NCBI GenBank assembly: GCA_016198685.1
Contig: JACQID010000004.1
Coordinates: forward strand, 32,001 to 96,000
DNA length: 64,000 bases
Direction of reading: 5' to 3'
DNA from: Candidatus Aenigmatarchaeota archaeon
GTDB taxonomy: Archaea > Aenigmatarchaeota > Aenigmatarchaeia > GW2011-AR5
The stretch's first letter is position 1; each line of letters begins with the position of its first letter. Of this stretch, positions 36,715 to 46,529 are shown one piece after another. A model generated the notes under the pieces. It ran no database searches, had not been told where the DNA came from, and saw only the letters and a list, made by a program, of their open reading frames with translations. A program made the translations under genes and the position numbers.

Positions 36715-38403
36715 ATGAAAATATTATTGATACATTCGGATTTCATACAATTCGAGGCGTGGCAGAAGGCCATAAAACAGGCCGAGGAATGGCAGAAAGG
36801 TCAGAAGACGCGCGTTGATGATTGCCTTGTTGTCTTTACAGCCGTGGAAAAACGCGATGAAGGCAACATTGCCCAGGTCACCAAGAATATGATCGACGAA
36901 GTCGAAAAGGTGGCCAAGGAAATTAAGGCAGATAAACTTGTGTTTTATCCATATGCGCATTTGAGCAAAGATCTTTCCTCGCCTGCAACAGCTTTAGAAG
37001 CCTTGCGAAAAGCAGAAGAAACCGCCAAAGAACGGGGATTTGAGTCATTCCATGCGCCTTTTGGCTGGTACAAGGCTTTTGAAATAAAGGCAAAAGGTCA
37101 TCCTCTGTCTGAACTTTCGCGGGAAATTACGGTCGAAGGACCTGCGGCAAGCGCAACAAAGAAGAAGGGTGGCGCGCAGCTAACGCAAGCTGGAGAAACA
37201 AAAGAGCTTAGCGAAGATGATCATAGGCTCCTTGGCAAGAAGCTTGATCTTTACAGCTTCCATGATGTTGCGCCAGGCATGACATTTTTCCACCCAAAGG
37301 GCATGATAATCAGAAATGAACTTATGAGCTTTTGGCGCAGTGAGCATGCAAAACGTGGCTACTCGGAAATCAATACACCTCTTATAATGAACAAGTCGCT
37401 CTGGCAGATGTCGGGTCACTGGGATCATTACAAGGAAAACATGTTCTTTACAACTATTGATGATGTGGAATTTGCAGTCAAGCCCATGAACTGTCCTGGT
37501 GCAATAACGGTTTTTAACAGTTCTACTCGCAGTTATCGCGATCTGCCTATGAAGCTTGCCGAACTGGGCCAAGTCCACCGTAACGAGCTGTCGGGGGTTC
37601 TTTCCGGCCTTTTCAGGCTGCGCTATTTCACGCAGGATGATTCCCATATTTTTGTCCGTGAAGACCAGCTTGAGCAGGAGATAATGAATGTCGTTGATAC
37701 AATAGAACATTTCTACGGCATTTTTGGCTTCCAGTATCACGTTGAGCTATCGACAAGACCGGATAATTCGATAGGCTCAAAGGAGATATGGGACAAGGCC
37801 GAGAAAGCTCTGGAAGACGCGCTTAAGGCAAAGAAGATGAATTACAAGATTAACCCGAAGGATGGCGCATTCTACGGCCCGAAAATAGACTTCCATATCA
37901 AAGATTCCTTGGGCAGGACATGGCAATGTGCAACTTGCCAGGTTGATTTCATGCTTCCTGAAAGATTTGACGCCAAATACATAGGCGAAGACAACAAGCC
38001 GCACCGTCCGGTCATAATACATCGTGTAATATACGGTGCAATAGAGCGCTTCATAGGCATATTGGTTGAGCATTACAAAGGGGCATTCCCTGTCTGGCTA
38101 TCGCCTGTTCAGGTCCGTGTTCTCGCATTGACGGACAATAACAATGCTGCCGTGGAAAGGATTGTGAACATGCTAAGGAACCAAGCCATCAGGGCGGATA
38201 CGGACATGCGGCCCAGCACAGTAGAATATCGCGTAAGGGAAGCCGAACTGCAGAAGATACCCTATATTATAGTAATCGGCGAGAGAGAAGAGCAGTCAGG
38301 TACGGTTGCGGTAAGGAGCCGTGGCACAGGCAAGGTACAATTTGGCGTAAAGCCGGATGCATTCCTTGCAAAGCTAAAGGAAGAAATAGAAAAAAAGGCC
38401 TGA
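36715..38403 (+). CDS. thrS: Threonyl-tRNA synthetase (archaeal editing domain plus bacterial-like catalytic domain)
   Basis: YPYAHLS, APFGWYK, KGHPLSELSR editing domain; DHRLLG, SGHWDHY, KPMNCP, HRNELSG, AFYGPKID, IHR catalytic core. Confidence 0.96.
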   Translation: MKILLIHSDFIQFEAWQKAIKQAEEWQKGQKTRVDDCLVVFTAVEKRDEGNIAQVTKNMIDEVEKVAKEIKADKLVFYPYAHLSKDLSSPATALEALRKAEETAKERGFESFHAPFGWYKAFEIKAKGHPLSELSREITVEGPAASATKKKGGAQLTQAGETKELSEDDHRLLGKKLDLYSFHDVAPGMTFFHPKGMIIRNELMSFWRSEHAKRGYSEINTPLIMNKSLWQMSGHWDHYKENMFFTTIDDVEFAVKPMNCPGAITVFNSSTRSYRDLPMKLAELGQVHRNELSGVLSGLFRLRYFTQDDSHIFVREDQLEQEIMNVVDTIEHFYGIFGFQYHVELSTRPDNSIGSKEIWDKAEKALEDALKAKKMNYKINPKDGAFYGPKIDFHIKDSLGRTWQCATCQVDFMLPERFDAKYIGEDNKPHRPVIIHRVIYGAIERFIGILVEHYKGAFPVWLSPVQVRVLALTDNNNAAVERIVNMLRNQAIRADTDMRPSTVEYRVREAELQKIPYIIVIGEREEQSGTVAVRSRGTGKVQFGVKPDAFLAKLKEEIEKKA

Positions 38404-38437
38404 TTATCTTTTTTATAGCGCGAGATCAAATTAATCC

Positions 38438-38830
38438 ATGGCATTTGAGCTTCTCCCCCAGGAATTTCTAAATGGGGCAGGATCGGCGTTTTTCATTCTT
38501 GCATCACGACCCGAGACTCTAATACTTCTTGTCGGCTTTGGGATTAGCGCTTTATCGGGCTTTGGTTACGAACTTCTTTTGCATTCGTACATACAACGAA
38601 TGAAAGAAAAACGGCATTTCACAGAGATAGTTTCACGTTATTTCCTGCTCGTTGTACTGGTTCATGCTTTTACATCGGTTTACTTCATCATAAGAATGAG
38701 CCAGTCTCTGACCCCAGGAATGCCGGATTATCTGCTGGCGGACATTGGAATGATATTCATTCTTTTGGTCGTGGTCGCAACTGCCACGAACAACCTCTCG
38801 ATAATAAGGTCATTCGTAGATAAGGGATGA
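38438..38830 (+). CDS. Small membrane protein
   Basis: Three hydrophobic segments; SD GGGATG(A) couples it to the next gene. Confidence 0.6.
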   Translation: MAFELLPQEFLNGAGSAFFILASRPETLILLVGFGISALSGFGYELLLHSYIQRMKEKRHFTEIVSRYFLLVVLVHAFTSVYFIIRMSQSLTPGMPDYLLADIGMIFILLVVVATATNNLSIIRSFVDKG

Positions 38831-38834
38831 TGAC

Positions 38835-39161
38835 ATGGAACTCCTGAACTTTGCCGTTGTGGTTTATGGGCTTCTCGCAGTCATGCTACTCTTTTTCTTC
38901 ACATACATGGAAGCATACAGGCACGCGAAGAATCTTACAGGAGTTTACCGTAATTTCATAATTTCACTTCTGCATTCCGCGTTGTTTGTCGACCTTGCAG
39001 GAATATTATATTTCGGGCTTCGTCTTCACCAGCTTAACGCAGGATTTGACGGCTTTCTAATCGCAGATATAATGATGGCAATAATTTCAACGATTCTTTT
39101 TGCATTGTCCTACCCGTATCTTCTTGACAAGATAAAAGAGATGGAGAACTTGTACGGCTGA
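38835..39161 (+). CDS. Small membrane protein
   Basis: Three hydrophobic segments. Confidence 0.6.
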   Translation: MELLNFAVVVYGLLAVMLLFFFTYMEAYRHAKNLTGVYRNFIISLLHSALFVDLAGILYFGLRLHQLNAGFDGFLIADIMMAIISTILFALSYPYLLDKIKEMENLYG

Positions 39162-39371
39162 TCAAACAAGGCCTGCAAGCGTCGTCTGCAATTCCTTCTG
39201 CTTTGCTTCGCCAAACGAGGCCTTTAGTATTGCAAGATCCTTTTCCTTCTTTTTCCTGAAAGTTTGCAGCTCTTCAAGCTTGGCAACCGTTTTGCTCATG
39301 TCTTTGTCAATGCCTGCGATTTCATTCTCGAGCCTGCGTATCTCGGACCGCATCTCGTCTTCGAGAGTCAT
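39162..39371 (-). CDS. Small coiled-coil protein
   Basis: Heptad pattern, 69 aa, abuts its neighbours. Confidence 0.65.
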   Translation of the reverse strand: MTLEDEMRSEIRRLENEIAGIDKDMSKTVAKLEELQTFRKKKEKDLAILKASFGEAKQKELQTTLAGLV

Positions 39372-39411
39372 TGCTATATTTTTTCTGATTTCTTTTAATT
39401 CTCGCCGGTTT

Positions 39412-40566
39412 TCAGGGTAAATGCATCTTTAAATGAATATTAAGAGGGATCTTGTAGGCAATTCTTCCGCCTATGACGCCTATTTCCTTCCTTCCGAAGT
39501 CATAACCGGCTATTTTTGCTGCTACATCGCCATAAGAAGTAGGAATGCATATTCCATCAGAAAAATTATTGTCGAGCCATTGCATGTATTCGGTTGCTTG
39601 GAATCTTTTCTCGGCGTCCCAGTATAGCGAATACGTAAACTCCCCTGTAGGGTATATCCGAGGATTTTTTATCCTCTCGGCGCCCCACTTTGATTTCATA
39701 TAGGCGTCCATTTCAGGGCTTATGTTTTCCCATAAAGGCAATATTCGCATAATCTCGTCAGGACTGTCAGCATGAATCACCGCATTGGGCACAGGCGTTC
39801 TATACGTCACATTTGCAATCAAGCCATTCGGGCCTTTGCGGAAAAAGAGATCGGTTTTGTAATGTATTAGGCGGCCTTCTGGCGTGGGGACTTCTATGCA
39901 GGAGACATTTTTCAATGCCGTTCTTATGATATCTCGTGTGGCTTCAGGTAGCATATGAATTTCAATGGAGGTTCCTATTTCCGCGCCTAATGCTTTTATG
40001 TAAAGTTCTGGCCGGTTGGCATGAGCTCCTGCAACAAATTTTAAGCTGGATAAAGGCTCCACAAGGCCTTTTTGTATGTCTTTGCTCAGGTCTGCGGCGG
40101 TCTGGCGCATGCGTATAATGCCATGCAAGTCTCCCTTTGAGAGATAAACTCTCCCGTCATTGACAAAGGATTTTACTGCGCCCGAAGAGGCAAGGGCATT
40201 TACTTCCTCCGGGCTCATACTTCTCAGATTCACAAGCTCTTCACTATTGAGAAAATCAAATTCCGGGTTTTCAAGATCTCTGAGCATATTAGCTATCAAG
40301 GGCTCACCGCAAGCCATCGCTCTTTGGGTATCATCTGATGCAAGCGTGGCGGCTTTTTCTTTATCCAAACCCCTAAGCAAGTAATCCCATTGCCGGTAAA
40401 TTTGAAAGGCTTCTTCCGCATTTAACGCACCTCGTTCAATAATTGGCATCATGCCCGTTTCTTCGAAATAACCGAATCCCGGCAGAATTTTTCTTATTTC
40501 ATCAGCGTCTATTCGGTTTGCTCTTTCATCAATCATATGCGTTTTTTCTGTGGAAATCATTTTCAA
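39412..40566 (-). CDS. Hypothetical protein (orphan, 384 aa)
   Basis: Long ORF with normal composition; no motif recognised. Confidence 0.7.
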   Translation of the reverse strand: MKMISTEKTHMIDERANRIDADEIRKILPGFGYFEETGMMPIIERGALNAEEAFQIYRQWDYLLRGLDKEKAATLASDDTQRAMACGEPLIANMLRDLENPEFDFLNSEELVNLRSMSPEEVNALASSGAVKSFVNDGRVYLSKGDLHGIIRMRQTAADLSKDIQKGLVEPLSSLKFVAGAHANRPELYIKALGAEIGTSIEIHMLPEATRDIIRTALKNVSCIEVPTPEGRLIHYKTDLFFRKGPNGLIANVTYRTPVPNAVIHADSPDEIMRILPLWENISPEMDAYMKSKWGAERIKNPRIYPTGEFTYSLYWDAEKRFQATEYMQWLDNNFSDGICIPTSYGDVAAKIAGYDFGRKEIGVIGGRIAYKIPLNIHLKMHLP

Positions 40567-40574
40567 TGTCTCTA

Positions 40575-42101
40575 TTAAAAATATTTAACCATATAATATC
40601 CGTCCGGCTTATAGCCGAATTTCTTGTAATATTCGCGTGCGCCTACACCTGACGTGACTGCAATTTTAATTTTGCCCCTTTCTTTTGCGATTTCTTCCGC
40701 CCTTTCAAGGAGGCGGCGACCATAACCCTTGTGCTGATAGGCTCCTTCTCCATGTATAGGTACTTGGATACCATAGACGTGAACTTCTCTGACCTTGGCC
40801 GTATCTGATTCATCGATTCGCAGGCGCAGAAAGCCTATCAGAATATCCTGCTCCTGATCTTCAAAGCTCAGGAAGATCTCCTGTCCGCCTCCGGCTTCAT
40901 AGCTATTTTCGAGAAGTGTGATGTCTTTGGGTGTTCTGCCGGAGACCCCTACTTCCCTGCAGCGTATGCACCTGCATTTCATGCCGCGTTCGCTAGCGAG
41001 CTGCCGAAGGTTTGTTGTCCTTGCGCCTGCCGCGGCTTTATGTTCCGATATGTCGCGCATTATCCTCTTTATCCTGACATAGGGAGGCACAATTCTTTTC
41101 ATTTCTATGAGCAATGATATCATTTCTTCTTTTTCAAGCGGGGCATATTGCCCGTTCTTCCATTTGTCGTGGAGCTCTGTTCCAGGTATGACTAAAGTAG
41201 GGTATATTTTCAACTCGTCAGGCATGTAATCCGGATTTGAAAACAGTTCGCTAAAGAATTTCAATTCTCTTTCAAAATCAACTTTGCCAAGAAGACCTGT
41301 GAGCCCAGGCATCCAGTGTGCCGTAATCTTGATTCCTGCCTCGCGCAAACGGCGGAACGCTTCCTTGTTTTTTTCACACCCGTGCCCGCGGTTTACGAGC
41401 AACTGGAGGGTTTCATCTGTCGTTTGGACTCCTATCTCCACTCGTGTGGCGCCATAACGAAGCATTTCATTTACGTAAGAATCGTTGCAATAATCGGCAC
41501 GGGTTTCTATTGTAAGTCCTATGACACGGTTGCCTGCAGTTTCGTTCAATGCCTTGGCGTCTTCGAGAGACTGCGAATCTTTTCCGTTGAAAGCGTCAAA
41601 TGCGCGCTTTATGAAATTCTCCCGATTCAATTTGTCCCATGCCATGAAAGTCCCGCCCATTATTATAAGCTCGCACTTGTCCGTGACATGCCCTATGCCG
41701 TTGAGCTGCTTGAGACGATTCGAGACCTGCTTGAAGGCATCATATTCATTGCGTTTGGCTCTTAATGTAGTCGGTTCAACGCCGGTATAGGATTTCGGAG
41801 AATATTCTCCTTGAGGACAGAATATGCACGAAAAGGGGCAGGAATAGGAATTTTCCCCAAGCCACATTATCGCAATATTGGCAACACCCGATAGCGTGCG
41901 CACGGGTTTTGTCTTGAGTAGTGCAATAGCATCATGAAAACCGTTCTTCTCGGCATATGCGATCAGCTCTGCATTCTTCATTATGTTGGGCAGTGCATAT
42001 TTACCTGCGAGCGTAGTCTTGGCTTTCTCGAGTTCCGAATGGCTCGATATTTCCCCTCGTTTTATTTTTTCCAAAAGTTCTTGATGTGCTTTTTGTGGCA
42101 T
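40575..42101 (-). CDS. elp3: tRNA uridine(34) acetyltransferase Elp3
   Basis: KPVRTLSGVA, CPFSCIFCP, KSYTG.EP, IMGGTF, ETRADY, LKIYPTLV, RELHVYG-like, QHKGYG motifs; start MPQK at 42101. Confidence 0.95.
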   Translation of the reverse strand: MPQKAHQELLEKIKRGEISSHSELEKAKTTLAGKYALPNIMKNAELIAYAEKNGFHDAIALLKTKPVRTLSGVANIAIMWLGENSYSCPFSCIFCPQGEYSPKSYTGVEPTTLRAKRNEYDAFKQVSNRLKQLNGIGHVTDKCELIIMGGTFMAWDKLNRENFIKRAFDAFNGKDSQSLEDAKALNETAGNRVIGLTIETRADYCNDSYVNEMLRYGATRVEIGVQTTDETLQLLVNRGHGCEKNKEAFRRLREAGIKITAHWMPGLTGLLGKVDFERELKFFSELFSNPDYMPDELKIYPTLVIPGTELHDKWKNGQYAPLEKEEMISLLIEMKRIVPPYVRIKRIMRDISEHKAAAGARTTNLRQLASERGMKCRCIRCREVGVSGRTPKDITLLENSYEAGGGQEIFLSFEDQEQDILIGFLRLRIDESDTAKVREVHVYGIQVPIHGEGAYQHKGYGRRLLERAEEIAKERGKIKIAVTSGVGAREYYKKFGYKPDGYYMVKYF

Positions 42102-42170
42102 GAAAATATAGATAATGAAAGTCTTATAAAATAAAGAAATTCTTATAAAGATTTGGGTTATAGATGACTG

Positions 42171-42758
42171 ATGGGCATATCTCAATTATCTTCCGGCCTG
42201 TCAGTGGTGCGCTATGATATCGAGCGTAAATTCAACGAAGGACTCAGAGAAGATGCCAATCGGCAGGTAGGGGATATTGTCAAGGAGCACGGATATCCTG
42301 ATTATCAGGGTCTTTTCATGGGACGTATGAGAGACAGGTATGATGTATTCTTTTGCCTTGGCAACGGAGGCAATAGCACTGCAATAGAGGCTTATGAGGA
42401 CGCACTCAATCTCTGCAAAGCACAAAAATGCACCATCACGCGTAATAACAATCTCTCCAAGTACATGAAACGCGAATTTGATTATATCTTCGGGCAACGT
42501 TTCGAGGGAGGACGTCTTGCCGTCATCGGGGATTCAGAAGTTACGCATCCCGTCACGCTTGCATCTTACGACACAAATAACGGAAACATCATAATGGTGC
42601 CCTTCGGCCTTCGCCCTGAAAATTACGAGACGGCCGAGCGCATCGCAGAATCGCTTGGTATAACGCCCGCGTATCCTATAGCTGACGATGAAGGGATACC
42701 AGGTAATATTCCATTGCCTCCTGCAATAGAGAATTTCCTTAAACAATTGGGCATGTAA
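42171..42758 (+). CDS. Hypothetical protein (orphan)
   Basis: 195 aa ORF; no motif recognised. Confidence 0.6.
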   Translation: MGISQLSSGLSVVRYDIERKFNEGLREDANRQVGDIVKEHGYPDYQGLFMGRMRDRYDVFFCLGNGGNSTAIEAYEDALNLCKAQKCTITRNNNLSKYMKREFDYIFGQRFEGGRLAVIGDSEVTHPVTLASYDTNNGNIIMVPFGLRPENYETAERIAESLGITPAYPIADDEGIPGNIPLPPAIENFLKQLGM

Positions 42759-42807
42759 ACCCGAAAGTTAAAATCCGAATGTTAATATTTTGAAATCAAA
42801 ATAAAAT

Positions 42808-43647
42808 TTATTTCGCGGCCTTAGCATTCTTCCAGAGCATGTTGAACATAGGTTCCATGAAATTAGAAGTCACATGATTGCTCTGGGACCAGAATGCAAT
42901 GTCCTGCGTTGGGTGCGTTTTTGCATCATCCGTGAGCCCGATGACGAACTCTTCGCCATCGACTATGCAAACTCTGCCCATCAGCTTTTCAATGCTATCG
43001 GCGCCATTAAGGTTCTTTATCTGAGCATAGCCGCTAAGAGATTTTATAACTTCCGTGTGCTCATCTTTTAGAGGCGCAAGAATCTGGACCGCAACTCCCC
43101 TTTCTGCCATCTTTTTTATATGAGAAGAGTGGTGTTCTGCGATTTCGTTGAGGCCGCTTTCTGTGGTTATGAGCTTGACGTTCTTCTTCGCCTTCTTCAT
43201 CATCGTACCGAGATGCTGGAGCATTGCAGGCCTGCCCTTCAGAGCGCCGGTTAATTCATCGGCATTGACCGTTTTAATATTATCCTTGTGAAGCTTCTCG
43301 AGTTCCTTTATCGACTCGCTCTTGGAAAGATTTTCCATTCTGATTTCAGCTTCCTTGGCATCATCCATTATCTTGGATTTGGCTCTTTCCAGTGCCTCGC
43401 GTGGAGGAAGTGAGACGTATTTCAGGGGTTTGCCCGGCTGTAGCATTATGAAGCCTTTGCTGCTTAGCGATTCAAGAACGTCATAGCATCTGGATCTAGG
43501 AACTTTTGATATTTCTGCGAGTTCGCCTGCAGTGGCGCTGCCTCTTGAAAGCAGAGCAACCCAAATGTTCCTCTCGTATTTGTTCAATCCTACTGACTTC
43601 AACGCATCCAACGTTTTTTGTGACGCCACCATCATAACACCTCGCAT
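42808..43647 (-). CDS. TrmB-family transcriptional regulator
   Basis: LKSVGLNKYE..IWVALL, S.VPRSRCYDVLESL..KGF, P.KY..LPP motifs. Confidence 0.92.
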   Translation of the reverse strand: MRGVMMVASQKTLDALKSVGLNKYERNIWVALLSRGSATAGELAEISKVPRSRCYDVLESLSSKGFIMLQPGKPLKYVSLPPREALERAKSKIMDDAKEAEIRMENLSKSESIKELEKLHKDNIKTVNADELTGALKGRPAMLQHLGTMMKKAKKNVKLITTESGLNEIAEHHSSHIKKMAERGVAVQILAPLKDEHTEVIKSLSGYAQIKNLNGADSIEKLMGRVCIVDGEEFVIGLTDDAKTHPTQDIAFWSQSNHVTSNFMEPMFNMLWKNAKAAK

Positions 43648-43713
43648 TTTATTATCTTGATTGTTGTTAGGGAAACCTTAAATATGTTACTTTTGAGGAA
43701 GAACACTAAGCCC

Positions 43714-44865
43714 TCAAATCCAGCCGCCTTTTTTCGCCTCTTTCTCTTCTTTTTTATACTGTTTGTGGAGCTCTTCAACGATCTCTTTGACTTCTCCATG
43801 GGCTTTGTAGTCGTCTTTAACGCCGCAGGAATTGCCAACGCCTATAATTATGACCTTTTGGCCCTTGCTCGCGCGATCGACAGCTCTGTCAACGTATGTC
43901 TTGACTTTATCCACGGATTCAAAAATGCTTTTCTTCATCGGCAAAATAGCCTCGTCAATTCCTACTTTTATGACGATGCTGTCTATAGGTATGCCTTTGG
44001 GCAACAGGACGTTTTCTATCATCTCGCGCTGCCCGACTCCGCCCATGGCAAATCCCACGCCCTCTGCAACAGATCCTGTTTTTTCGCCTTCAAGCTTTGC
44101 CCCTGCATCTATAGTAACAACACGGGAAATCTTCTTGCTCTTCATTATTTTTAAAATCGCCTCATCTATTCTTCCCAAATGAGGTGCAGGGCCTGTAGCC
44201 TTGAGAACAAAGCATACTCTGCCGTTTATGACGGTTTCATCAACCACTACTTCTTCTGCTATATTCTTGGGCTTCTTCATGTAAGTTGCCGCTACGAGCG
44301 GTCCTATCGAATCGCCGATAGGCCACCCGTTCACGAACGCTTCGGTGCCTTTGAGTTCGGATTCTGCAATCTTTTCTATGATAGGCAATTGCATCTGAAG
44401 AATCATTGCGATCTGCAGATTCTTGAATTTCTTCGATATTTCAACATAATGACGTACAATTTTGGCCATCTGGCGCAGGCTGACAGCAGCTCGTAGGCCG
44501 TAATTAATTTCCTGCACTTCTTCTTTGTTTTTCGCTATGCTCTGGGCGAACTGGCTGAAACGCTGTTCCATGTTTTTTATGGTTTGATCTATCTTCTTTA
44601 CAAGCCCGAAAGGATCTATGGAAGAAGGCTCGACTACAAATAACTCGGTGAATTCGTGGATAGCATGCTTTGTTGCATGGGTTCCGGTCTTCTTCAAAAC
44701 GAGCCCATTTGCCTTTTCAGACATCCCTTCTATCTTCCTTGCGCTCTGATCTATCTTGGATATGAGCTGCGAAAGCATCATGCGGGGATAAATGTACATG
44801 AAAATGAAAAGCATGGCAAACCATGTTATTATGCCAACAGGATCTGTCGCTTGCATGAATTGCAT
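43714..44865 (-). CDS. DUF1512-family archaeal protein
   Basis: PIGDSIGPLVA, KA.GP, IDAG.KLEGEKTGSVAEGVG.AMGG, IGVGNS.G motifs. Confidence 0.85.
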   Translation of the reverse strand: MQFMQATDPVGIITWFAMLFIFMYIYPRMMLSQLISKIDQSARKIEGMSEKANGLVLKKTGTHATKHAIHEFTELFVVEPSSIDPFGLVKKIDQTIKNMEQRFSQFAQSIAKNKEEVQEINYGLRAAVSLRQMAKIVRHYVEISKKFKNLQIAMILQMQLPIIEKIAESELKGTEAFVNGWPIGDSIGPLVAATYMKKPKNIAEEVVVDETVINGRVCFVLKATGPAPHLGRIDEAILKIMKSKKISRVVTIDAGAKLEGEKTGSVAEGVGFAMGGVGQREMIENVLLPKGIPIDSIVIKVGIDEAILPMKKSIFESVDKVKTYVDRAVDRASKGQKVIIIGVGNSCGVKDDYKAHGEVKEIVEELHKQYKKEEKEAKKGGWI

Positions 44866-44923
44866 TTTTTTACACCAAAATTATTTCTAAAACCTTTTAA
44901 TTTGATAGCTTAAATATATTTAG

Positions 44924-45535
44924 ATGGACTGGAAGATCATAGCTTCTCTTGCTATTGTGATGGCCATAGCTTTTATAGCCGTTTCAAGAACCCCGGAAGT
45001 TTCCCGTTTTTTCGATGATATAGTCGGTTATATTAACCCGGTGCCGGGCAATCTAAGCTTCTCGTTGGTAGGGGTTTATAGCGAGAATGTGACGCTTGCG
45101 ACAACGAATTCTGCCGTGGAAATGACACCAGAGAACGTTTCCCTGGAAATAGGCGGAGGAACTATCGAGTCCGGGAGCCATATATTATTGCGGGGATTCA
45201 AAGGTAATGTCAAGATACATGAAAATACTGCTTATATAGATGGAATAGCATCTGCAGTTGAAGTCGGCGATGCGTCTATTAACTATGCCGGCCGTTCGGT
45301 CAAGGGAACGGTTGGGTTTTCGGCCTTGAAAGTTACGAATGTCACCAGCCGATCGTTCGATCTCAATACTTCTTCGGGAATGCTAAATGCAGGCGACACG
45401 GAAATAACGATAGATGGCAAAATTGTAACCATAGTCGCGCCTCATGCCGATTATTCCTTTGAAACCGGATCTTTGCGTGTCGCCGGAAAGGCAAGAAGAA
45501 TAGAAGTTCCGGATGCCGGACTGAGAATAGAATAG
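44924..45535 (+). CDS. Membrane-anchored beta-rich exported protein
   Basis: N-terminal TM followed by a Ser/Thr/Gly/Val-rich region. Confidence 0.7.
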   Translation: MDWKIIASLAIVMAIAFIAVSRTPEVSRFFDDIVGYINPVPGNLSFSLVGVYSENVTLATTNSAVEMTPENVSLEIGGGTIESGSHILLRGFKGNVKIHENTAYIDGIASAVEVGDASINYAGRSVKGTVGFSALKVTNVTSRSFDLNTSSGMLNAGDTEITIDGKIVTIVAPHADYSFETGSLRVAGKARRIEVPDAGLRIE

Positions 45536-45859
45536 TTATCGTTTGTTGCCTGGCACAAAAACGCCGCCTATCTTTCCTGCTATATCGAGTATTCCATAGA
45601 CAATTCTTGCGAGAATGAACAACATGTACAACCCTATGCCCAAGGCGACGAAGAATATAATTGCATTAAGATCCGTGGGCAGGCTGAATCCTAGGAGGTT
45701 CACGCCAAACGGAAAGACCGCTGATGCTACCGCTATTATACCTATGTTAATTACGGTCTTCACCGCTTGATTCATGACATAAAGGAAAGCGGCAAATACT
45801 ATGACCAAAAGGGCCAGTTGCATGGTGTCAAATGCGCCTATGACGCTTTCAAATACCAT
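45536..45859 (-). CDS. Small membrane protein
   Basis: Three hydrophobic segments; TTTTTATA box about 25 nt upstream. Confidence 0.7.
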   Translation of the reverse strand: MVFESVIGAFDTMQLALLVIVFAAFLYVMNQAVKTVINIGIIAVASAVFPFGVNLLGFSLPTDLNAIIFFVALGIGLYMLFILARIVYGILDIAGKIGGVFVPGNKR

Positions 45860-45873
45860 AATTATATTTCATA

Positions 45874-45897
45874 ATTGAATATAAAAAGAAAAAAAGA
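45874..45897 (-). terminator. Oligo-T archaeal terminator-like tract
   Basis: TTCTTTTTTTCTTTTTATATTCAATT on the minus strand; a near-identical motif lies at about 5536-5560. Confidence 0.4.
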
Positions 45898-46153
45898 ATT
45901 GTTGCTTTCGTTCCAGTCGGGCTTTCTCATTTGCCGCTTAAGCATGGCATACAAATTGTTTCGGTCTAAAACATATTGTTGTACGCCATGTCCTAACCCG
46001 CTATCGTTTTCTGCGCGTGTTATGCCTAGGAGATAGTGCTGCGGACTTATTGTAGCATTTGTCATTGCGGACACCGCAATGATGCCGACAACGCGTTTCA
46101 GGCAATTGTCAGGCTTTCAAAAGTCCGTCTACGCGCCGGACAGTAGGGCTGTC
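45895..46153 (-). ncRNA. Candidate pseudoknotted structured RNA, family unknown
   Basis: Stems 45943-45954/45979-45990, 46062-46070/46074-46082, 46042-46048/46121-46127 and 46013-46018/46131-46136, crossed by 46001-46005/46032-46036; ends in a U-rich tract on the minus strand. Confidence 0.5.
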
Positions 46154-46457
46154 AAAGCTCAGTCACGTTATCAACGATTGTCGTATTCGAATCGTTAATA
46201 ACGATGCCGTTCGTATCGTTTATGACTGGAGCCGTCGTATTGTTGATTTCAGGCATAGGCAGTGTATAATTTGTCATATTTGTTTCATTTATGCCCGGAA
46301 TCGTTGTGTTATTAATCCCTGGAGTCGGAGGCTGTGGAAAAGGCAACGTTGTTGTAGTTGTAAAGGTAGTTGTTGTAGTCGTCTCGCCGTTGTCCATCGT
46401 ACCTGTGCACCCTGCCGCTAGGAGCACCAAGGCCATAAAGGCTGCTATTGTTTTCAT
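46152..46457 (-). CDS. Thr/Asn-rich lipoprotein-like protein
   Basis: MKTIAAFMALVLLAAGC lipobox, poly-Thr linker, many N-x-T sequons; start 46457. Confidence 0.75.
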   Translation of the reverse strand: MKTIAAFMALVLLAAGCTGTMDNGETTTTTTFTTTTTLPFPQPPTPGINNTTIPGINETNMTNYTLPMPEINNTTAPVINDTNGIVINDSNTTIVDNVTEL

Positions 46458-46529
46458 ACTTCTTATTATAGCGCTGAAATTATAAATAAAAAAACGGATT
46501 TTGATTCTTATTCCGTAATTTTTCCGGAA

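Noticed and set aside
45895-46153. Naming this segment a group I intron; also ORF 45862-46074
   Set aside because: No GACUA/UAGUC P7, P6 or P8 was recognisable and there is no interrupted host gene. The 70-aa ORF has no motif and overlaps the structure.
46360-46380. Thr-codon run in the lipoprotein as a DNA repeat element
   Set aside because: It is a simple low-complexity coding linker with mixed codons.
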